Notes under the pieces: generated by a model
Database searches by the model: none
What the model was told of the DNA's origin: nothing
The model's input: only the letters and a program-made list of their open reading frames with translations
DNA from: an uncultured Acidobacteriota bacterium
Lineage (GTDB): Bacteria; Acidobacteriota; Thermoanaerobaculia; Multivoradales; SZUA-115
Length of the DNA: 64,000 nucleotides
Assembly: GCA_963805975.1 (NCBI GenBank)
Contig: CAWDVR010000002.1
Location: forward strand, 928,001 to 992,000
Direction of reading: 5' to 3'
Part shown: one piece after another, positions 58,901 through 64,000 of the stretch
Layout of the letters: each line of letters opens with the position of its first letter
Position numbering within the stretch: position 1 is the first letter of the stretch
Program-made: the position numbers and the translations under genes

Positions 58901-59334
58901 CGCTGGCGCACGAGCTCGAGGCGCGAGGCAGGGTGACGGTCGAGGTAGAGGGCACGGCCGAGACGCTGACCGCCGAAGAGCTCGAGATCCGCCTCGTCGA
59001 ACGCGCCGGCACCGCCACCCAGGGCGACCGGGAGCTGCTGGTGGCGCTCGACACCGAGCTCACGCCGGAGCTCGTCGCCGAGGGCCGCGCCCGCGAGGTG
59101 GTGCACCGCATCCAGCAGGCGAGGAAGCAGGCCAACCTCGACTACGCCGACCGCATCCGCGTGCGCTACGCGGCGGCGCCCGAGCTGGCTGCGGCGGTCA
59201 CCGAGCACGGCACGTGGATCGCGGGCGAGACCCTCGCCGCGGCGCTCGAAGCCGTGGAGCCGGCGACGCCCGACCTCTCCTCTCTACCCGTCGACGATCT
59301 CGCCTTCGCCTTCTCGATCGAGAAGGTGAGCTAA
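55948..59334 (+). CDS. ileS: Isoleucyl-tRNA synthetase, type 2
   Basis: EGPPTAN..PHVGH, GWDTHGLP, GTGLVH, YPFCWRC, DWALSR.RYWG, DQTRGWFY, KMSKRLGN. Confidence 0.95.
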   Translation: MTRKPFPELPPGYPFPALEREVLERWRERGIFEKTLEQTQSGPSFVFFEGPPTANNKPHVGHVVTRAVKDLFPRFRTMQGFHVARKAGWDTHGLPVEIEVEKKLGFSGKEQIEQYGIAAFNQACLESVDTYERDWRAMTERTGYWLDLDHAYYTYTNDYIESVWWALSELARRDLLEQGYKIQPYCARCGTTLSSHELAQNYKEADDPSVWVLFPARPGQTLRTVEGGDLATGPELKLVAWTTTPWTLLAHVGLAVHPDLVYRVVAHPDPERDAAGEKLLFGDAIGTPVPFEMAVEGGKRKRLDLRDLPAEARVRGRDLEGLVYDRPFAFGPFDFVGGGAPAPGELDPRQPEGWKAVEAAGFRVVPGDYVTATEGTGLVHTAIPFGEDDYKTGQRYRLPGFVAVDEAGRIDRRAEPFAGLWFKDADPEILRDLKRRGLLLHGDRYVHNYPFCWRCDTPLLYYATTSWFIKTTAKKAELIEKNKTIHWHPEHVGEGRFGNWLENVVDWALSRRRYWGTPLPVWLCDAPDCKERQVIGSFAELFAATGRPLPENPYDREQFDPHRPYIDEHTWACAACGAGTMRRVEEVIDAWFDSGAMPFAQHHYPFENRERFEGSEGERQFPADFISEAVDQTRGWFYTLHALAVLLFDSVAFKNCIVMGHVTDEKGRKMSKRLGNVVDPMAVIEENGADALRWYFYANNPEISSRFSSRLVRESAQGFLLPLANAVSFFTIYANLDGWRPGDEARQTPNFARRPALDRWILLRLDRLVAATTEHLEEYRIPEAARGVEDFLDDLTNWYIRRSRDRFWAPAEGGDEAAKESAYQALYEVLTTVVRLLAPFIPFFTDVLHGLLVRSQDEGAAESVHLEAWPRPAGDRADHPLEAGMAAVQRIVRLGHAARNTHSLKTRQPLAGVTLVTADDSIAAVIEPYLPLLQEELNVHQVRWAADRSEYVRHEVRPVYPKCGPRFGKRMGALKAALEAADGDALAHELEARGRVTVEVEGTAETLTAEELEIRLVERAGTATQGDRELLVALDTELTPELVAEGRAREVVHRIQQARKQANLDYADRIRVRYAAAPELAAAVTEHGTWIAGETLAAALEAVEPATPDLSSLPVDDLAFAFSIEKVS

Positions 59335-59348
59335 CCCGAGGGCCCACC

Positions 59349-60707
59349 ATGGCCGGAATCTTCAAAGCGTACGACGTCCGGGGCCTCTACCCGGACCAGA
59401 TCGACGAGGACATCACGCGGCGGATCGGCCGTGCCTTCCGCGCCGTGCTCGACCCGGGCGAGGTGGAACGCAACCCGACGGTGATCGTCAGCCGCGACAT
59501 GCGCGCCTCGAGCGAGCCGCTGTCCGAGGCGCTGATCGAGGGCCTGCGCGAGAGCGGCCTCAACGTGCACTCGATCGGCCTCGCCACCACGCCCACCAAC
59601 TACTTCGCCGTCGGGCACCTCAAGGCCGCCGGCGGCGTGCAGGTCACCGCCTCTCACAACCCGGCGCGCTACAACGGCCTCAAGTTCAGCCGCCACGAGG
59701 CGCGGCCGGTGTCGGGCGACGAGGGCATCCCGGCCATCGAGAAGCACGCGCTGGCCGACGACTCGCCGCGTGCCGAGGCGCCCGGCGCGATGAGCGAAGG
59801 CTCGGTGTTCGAGGCCTACGGCCGGCACGTGCTGTCGTTCCTGAAACCGCCGCCCGGCGCCAAGCGCCTCAAGGTCGTGGTGGACGCCGCCAACGGCATG
59901 GGCACCCTCTATCAGCCGCTCCTGGAGCAGGCCGGGATCGAGCTCGTGCCCCTCTACTTCGAGCTCGACGGCACCTTCCCCAACCACGAGGCCAACCCGC
60001 TCAAGCGCGAGAACCTGAACGATCTCTGCCGTGCGGTCGAGGAGCTGGACGCGGACCTGGGCGTGTCTTTCGACGGCGACGCGGACCGCGCCGCCTTCGT
60101 GGACGAAAGAGGCGAGCCGATCGGCAGCGACCTCGCGACCGCCTTGATCGCCGGCGAGCTCCTGGCCGACCGGCCGGGCAAGGCCGTGGTCTACGACCTG
60201 CGCTCGTCACGCGCCGTGGCCGAGTACATCCGCGAGAAGGGCGGCATTCCGCTCCGCGAGCGGGTGGGGCACTCGTTCATCAAGGCCACCTTGCGCCAGC
60301 ACGACGGCCTCTTCGGCGGCGAGCTCGCCGGGCACTACTACTTCCGCGACAACTTCTTCGCCGATTGCTCGCTGCTCGCGGTCTTCGAGATGCTGAACCT
60401 GCTGTGGAAGACCGGGCAGCCGATGTCCGCGGTGGCGGCGCCGCTCCAGCGCTACGCCAAGAGCGAGGAGATCAACTTCGAGGTGGAGGACAAGGCCGGC
60501 AAGATGAAGGCCCTCGCCGAGAAGTACGCGGACGCCGACCTCGACTACCTCGACGGCATCACGGTCTCCTACCCGAGCTGGTGGGCCAACGTCCGGCCCT
60601 CGAACACCGAGCCCTACCTGCGGCTGGTGCTCGAAGCCGAGACACCCGGCGAGCTGGAGGAGCGGAAGGGCGAGCTGATCGAGCTGCTGGGAGAGCCGGC
60701 GGAGTAG
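59349..60707 (+). CDS. Phosphomannomutase/phosphoglucomutase
   Basis: IFKAYDVRG, TASHNP, FDGDADR, GE..GHYYF, RPSNTEP. Confidence 0.93.
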   Translation: MAGIFKAYDVRGLYPDQIDEDITRRIGRAFRAVLDPGEVERNPTVIVSRDMRASSEPLSEALIEGLRESGLNVHSIGLATTPTNYFAVGHLKAAGGVQVTASHNPARYNGLKFSRHEARPVSGDEGIPAIEKHALADDSPRAEAPGAMSEGSVFEAYGRHVLSFLKPPPGAKRLKVVVDAANGMGTLYQPLLEQAGIELVPLYFELDGTFPNHEANPLKRENLNDLCRAVEELDADLGVSFDGDADRAAFVDERGEPIGSDLATALIAGELLADRPGKAVVYDLRSSRAVAEYIREKGGIPLRERVGHSFIKATLRQHDGLFGGELAGHYYFRDNFFADCSLLAVFEMLNLLWKTGQPMSAVAAPLQRYAKSEEINFEVEDKAGKMKALAEKYADADLDYLDGITVSYPSWWANVRPSNTEPYLRLVLEAETPGELEERKGELIELLGEPAE

Positions 60708-60768
60708 CCCTCACTCTGCCGGCGGGGAGTGGAGATCAGAATCGTAGGGGCGACCGCCGGTCGCCCCT
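60708..60768 (+). repeat. GTAG-type REP and degenerate copy of the 48.7-48.9 kb element
   Basis: GTAGGGGCGACCGCCGGTCGCCCC at 60744-60767 preceded by CCCTCAC...GCGGGG...CAGAAT as in the other copy. Confidence 0.75.
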
Positions 60769-60802
60769 CTTGGGAAGGGCGGGGACGCCCTCGCGCCCCC
60801 CG

Positions 60803-61498
60803 TCAGTCGTCGCTTCTTCCTCCGAGCAACCCGGCCCGGAACAGGTAGTACAGCAGCGTCATCAGCGTCGAGATGGCCGCGGCCACGTAGGTCAGGGCGG
60901 CGGCGTTGAGCACCTTGTTGACGCCGTCGCGCTCGCCGGCCGCCACCAGCCCGTACTCGGAGATCAGCCGCTTGGCGCGCGCCGAGGCGTCGAACTCGAC
61001 GGGCAGCGTGACGAGCTGGAAGAGCAGCACCGCCGAGAACAGGACGGCCCCGATCCCCACCAGACCCGGCTTCTGCAGGAACAGGCCAGCCATCATCACG
61101 ATCAGGCCGAGGTTGGAGCCGATGCCGGCCGTGGGCACCAGGGCCGAGCGCAGCCACAGGGGCTTGTAGGCGCGGGCGTGCTGGATGGCGTGCCCGGCCT
61201 CGTGGCAGGCGACGCCGATCGCCGCCACCGAGCGGCTGCCAAAGACGGGATCGGAAAGGGCGAGCGTCTTGGTGAGCGGGTTGTAGTGGTCAGAGAGCGT
61301 GCCGGGCGTGGCCACAATCTTCACGTCGGCAATGCCGGCGCGGTCGAGCAGCACCTGCGCCGACTGGGCGCCCGTCATGCCGCTCATCGCCGGCACCTTG
61401 GAGTACTTCTTGAACGTCGAGCGGGTGCGGAAGCTGGCCCACAGGGACAACAGGATCGCCGGCGCGAGGAAAACGAGGTACATGGGGTCGAAGAACAT
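60803..61498 (-). CDS. Membrane zinc metallopeptidase (YugP/Zn_peptidase_2 family)
   Basis: LSDHYNP, HEAGHAIQH, TLPVEFDAS, AAALTYVAA. Confidence 0.9.
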   Translation of the reverse strand: MFFDPMYLVFLAPAILLSLWASFRTRSTFKKYSKVPAMSGMTGAQSAQVLLDRAGIADVKIVATPGTLSDHYNPLTKTLALSDPVFGSRSVAAIGVACHEAGHAIQHARAYKPLWLRSALVPTAGIGSNLGLIVMMAGLFLQKPGLVGIGAVLFSAVLLFQLVTLPVEFDASARAKRLISEYGLVAAGERDGVNKVLNAAALTYVAAAISTLMTLLYYLFRAGLLGGRSDD

Positions 61499-61620
61499 GG
61501 CTTCGTGAGACCTCCTTATCGCTTGGCTCAACGCGCGACGGGTCCATTCTATTCCGTGCCCCAGGGCGCCAGAGGGTACGGAGGCGGGTGCTAGAGTCGA
61601 TCGCGACCAGGAGGCCCACC

Positions 61621-62370
61621 ATGAGCAAACCCACCCAGAGCAGACCGAACGGGGGCAGCCCGAACGGCAAAGTGGCCCTCGTCACCGGCGGCAGCCGAGG
61701 CATCGGCCGCGCGATCGTCGAAGGCCTGGCCGAGGACGGCTTCCGGGTTTTCTTCTCGAGCCTCAATCCCGCCTCCGTGGGAAGCGCCAGGAAAGCCTTC
61801 GCCGAGCGCTTCGGCGACCAAGTGGCGGGCGAGGCGGTGGACGTGCGGGACCAGGCCGCCGTGGAGGCCTGGGTGGCTCGTGTGGAGGCCGCGGCCGGGC
61901 GCATCGACTGCCTGGTCAACAACGCCGGCCTCGGGCACTTCGGTGCCATCGACCAGCTCTCCGGCGACGCCTTCCGGCAGGTGATCGAGACCAACCTCAA
62001 CGGCTCGTTCTATTGCATCCGCGCCGTGGCTCCCGGTATGAAGCGGCGCGGCGACGGCTGGATCTTCAACATCGCCTCGCTCGCCGCCAAGAACCCCTTC
62101 GCCGGGGGCTCGGCCTACAACGCCAGCAAGTTCGGGCTGCTCGGCATGTCCGAGGCGGCGATGCTCGACCTGCGCCCGCACGGCATCCGGGTAGCGACCA
62201 TCCTGCCCGGCAGCGTGGACACCGAGTTCCGCGTGGCCGGCGAGGCGGACACCTCCTGGATGCTCACCTCCGAGGACGTGGCCCGCGCCGTGCGCGATCT
62301 CCTGGCCTACCCTTCGAACGCCCTGCCCAGCCTGATCGAGCTCCGCCCCGCGCGGCCTCCCAGGAAGTAG
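61621..62370 (+). CDS. Short-chain dehydrogenase/reductase
   Basis: TGGSRGIG, NNAG, YNASK. Confidence 0.9.
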   Translation: MSKPTQSRPNGGSPNGKVALVTGGSRGIGRAIVEGLAEDGFRVFFSSLNPASVGSARKAFAERFGDQVAGEAVDVRDQAAVEAWVARVEAAAGRIDCLVNNAGLGHFGAIDQLSGDAFRQVIETNLNGSFYCIRAVAPGMKRRGDGWIFNIASLAAKNPFAGGSAYNASKFGLLGMSEAAMLDLRPHGIRVATILPGSVDTEFRVAGEADTSWMLTSEDVARAVRDLLAYPSNALPSLIELRPARPPRK

Positions 62371-62397
62371 GCCGCCGGAACGTCAGGCGCGGGCAAC

Positions 62398-62841
62398 TCA
62401 GGCTTCGGTGGCGGTGATCGGTGCCGGGCGGCCCAGGGCGTCGACGTGGACGTAGACGACCTCGGCCTCGGTAACCTTGGAACGGCCGCCTCGGTCACCG
62501 CGGTCGGAAGAGGCTCCCATCCGGCGCTCGGCCTCGACGACGACCCGCACGGTGACCGAGGTACGGCCCAGGCGGAGGGTCTCGGTGTAGAAGGTGACCA
62601 GATCGCCGACCAGCACCGGGGCCAGGAACTCCACCTCGCGGATGGCGACGGTGACCAGCTTGCCCTGGACGTGGCGATGGCCTTCGACCGCGCCCGCCTG
62701 GTCGATGTAGGAGAGGATGATGCCGCCGAAGATGGTGCCCAGGGCGTTGGTGTCCTTGGGCATCATGACGACGCGGATCGCCGGGTGGCGGCCGGCGTCC
62801 TCGGCGCGGGAGGATTGCCGCGGGGGCTCAGCTTTCTTCAT
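62398..62841 (-). CDS. Acyl-CoA thioesterase (hotdog fold, YciA-like)
   Basis: MPKDTN..G.IFGG..LS.ID.AG, GRTS. Confidence 0.9.
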   Translation of the reverse strand: MKKAEPPRQSSRAEDAGRHPAIRVVMMPKDTNALGTIFGGIILSYIDQAGAVEGHRHVQGKLVTVAIREVEFLAPVLVGDLVTFYTETLRLGRTSVTVRVVVEAERRMGASSDRGDRGGRSKVTEAEVVYVHVDALGRPAPITATEA

Positions 62842-63388
62842 AGCAGGATCGGCACCTCGCCTCGTAGGACTCCGTGTCTCCCACCAGCACCTGCTCGTCG
62901 CTCCGCACGATGCGCTGGCTGTAGTGCGCGGGCTCGCCGCAGCGCATGCAGACCGCGTGCATCTTGTCCACGTACTCGGCCACGGTGAGGATCGCCGGCA
63001 TGGGGCCGAACGGCCGCCGCAGGTAGTCGAGGTCGAGCCCGGCGACGACCACCCGCAGCCCCGAGTCCGCCATGCGGTTGATGGCGTCGACCAGCCCCGG
63101 GTCGAAGAACTGCGCCTCGTCGATCCCCACCACGTGGACGCCCTCCTCGAGCCGGGCGAGCAGCTCGGCGCTCGAGGCCACCGCCACGGCGTCGAGCTGG
63201 CGGTTGTCGCGGGTGACCAGGGCCTCCGAGTCGGAACGGGTGTCGGTCTGCGGCTTGAAGACCTGCACCTTCTGCCGGGCGATCGCCGCGCGGCGCAGGC
63301 GCCGCACCAGCTCCTCGCTCTTGCCGGAGAACATGCCGCCGGTGATGACCTCGATCTGTCCGCGGCTGCCTTCGGGTCGCCCGGTCAT
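62828..63388 (-). CDS. tdk: Thymidine kinase
   Basis: GGMFSGKS, GIDEAQFF, AGLD, C..CG, YEARCR.C. Confidence 0.95.
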   Translation of the reverse strand: MTGRPEGSRGQIEVITGGMFSGKSEELVRRLRRAAIARQKVQVFKPQTDTRSDSEALVTRDNRQLDAVAVASSAELLARLEEGVHVVGIDEAQFFDPGLVDAINRMADSGLRVVVAGLDLDYLRRPFGPMPAILTVAEYVDKMHAVCMRCGEPAHYSQRIVRSDEQVLVGDTESYEARCRSCYEES

Positions 63389-63460
63389 GGGGGCGGGATG
63401 GTATCACCGTCATCCCCGCCGGCCTGGCGATGCCCGGCAGCCGAAAGCTATGATCGGCCC

Positions 63461-64000
63461 ATGCTCCGAGCGGTGCTCTTCGACTTCAACGGCGTGCTGG
63501 TCGACGACGAGCCCATCCACTTCGAGCTCCTCGCCCGGGTGCTGGCCGAGGAGGGCGTGGACCTCGATCGCGACCGCTACTACGAGCGCTTCCTGGGCTT
63601 CGACGACCGCGGCTGCTTCACGGCGGCGCTCGCCGAAGCCGGCCAGGCCGTGTCCGAGGCCCGCACCGTGCGCCTGGTGGCGCGCAAGGCGAGCTACTAC
63701 CGGGACCGCATCCGCCGCGACGGCTACCCGTTCTTCCCCGGCGCCGTGGAGCTGGTGAGGCGGCTGGCCGCCGCCGGGCTGCCCTTGGGGGTGGTGAGCG
63801 GGGCGCTGCGCGAGGAGGTGGAGGGCGCGCTCGCCCAGGCGGCGATCGGTCGGTTGTTCAAAGTGCTGGTCACCGCCGAGGACACGCGGGAGGGGAAGCC
63901 TGATCCGGAGGGCTACCGCGCCGCGGTCGAGGCCCTGAACACCGAGCCGCCGCTGCCCGATCGCATGATCCACCCGCACGAGGTGCTGGCTGTCGAGGAC
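63461..64000 (+). CDS. HAD-family phosphatase (truncated by window end)
   Basis: Read directly: MLRAVLFDFNGVLVDDE..., VVSG, GKPDPEGY, AVED. Confidence 0.85.
   Translation, partial: MLRAVLFDFNGVLVDDEPIHFELLARVLAEEGVDLDRDRYYERFLGFDDRGCFTAALAEAGQAVSEARTVRLVARKASYYRDRIRRDGYPFFPGAVELVRRLAAAGLPLGVVSGALREEVEGALAQAAIGRLFKVLVTAEDTREGKPDPEGYRAAVEALNTEPPLPDRMIHPHEVLAVED

Overview
Very GC-rich bacterial DNA from a diderm, as indicated by TonB, a LapA/LapB-like protein and an outer-membrane beta-barrel. The gene repertoire resembles Acidobacteriota such as Thermoanaerobaculia, which is an inference only. The window has three parts. (1) 1-24.5 kb: secreted and periplasmic hydrolases and beta-propellers (PQQ-like, amidohydrolases, CocE/NonD, M20 peptidase, BNR/VPS10, phytase-nuclease, e(P4) phosphatase). 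(2) 24.5-41.0 kb: a tightly coupled minus-strand biosynthetic operon, in order GT87-like membrane glycosyltransferase, three single-module NRPSs (C-A[Ala]-T, C-A[Gly]-T, C-A[unknown]-T-R), an MFS exporter, a DUF6875-like CPF protein and a membrane-anchored kynurenine 3-monooxygenase homologue. It may extend into a DUF5916 beta-barrel and a phosphatase. This is the best candidate for an undescribed system. It has no starter module, the first two NRPSs carry identical N-terminal docking peptides, and release is reductive. (3) 41-64 kb: BNR protein, TonB, a Zn/Mn ABC transporter and housekeeping genes (holA-like, arcC, lapAB fusion, one-Cys dksA, rlmH, def, ileS, PMM, tdk), plus REP/MITE-like repeats and an orphan antitoxin. 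Several genes carry clustered frameshifts that look like assembly errors. No rRNA, tRNA, CRISPR array or transposase was seen.
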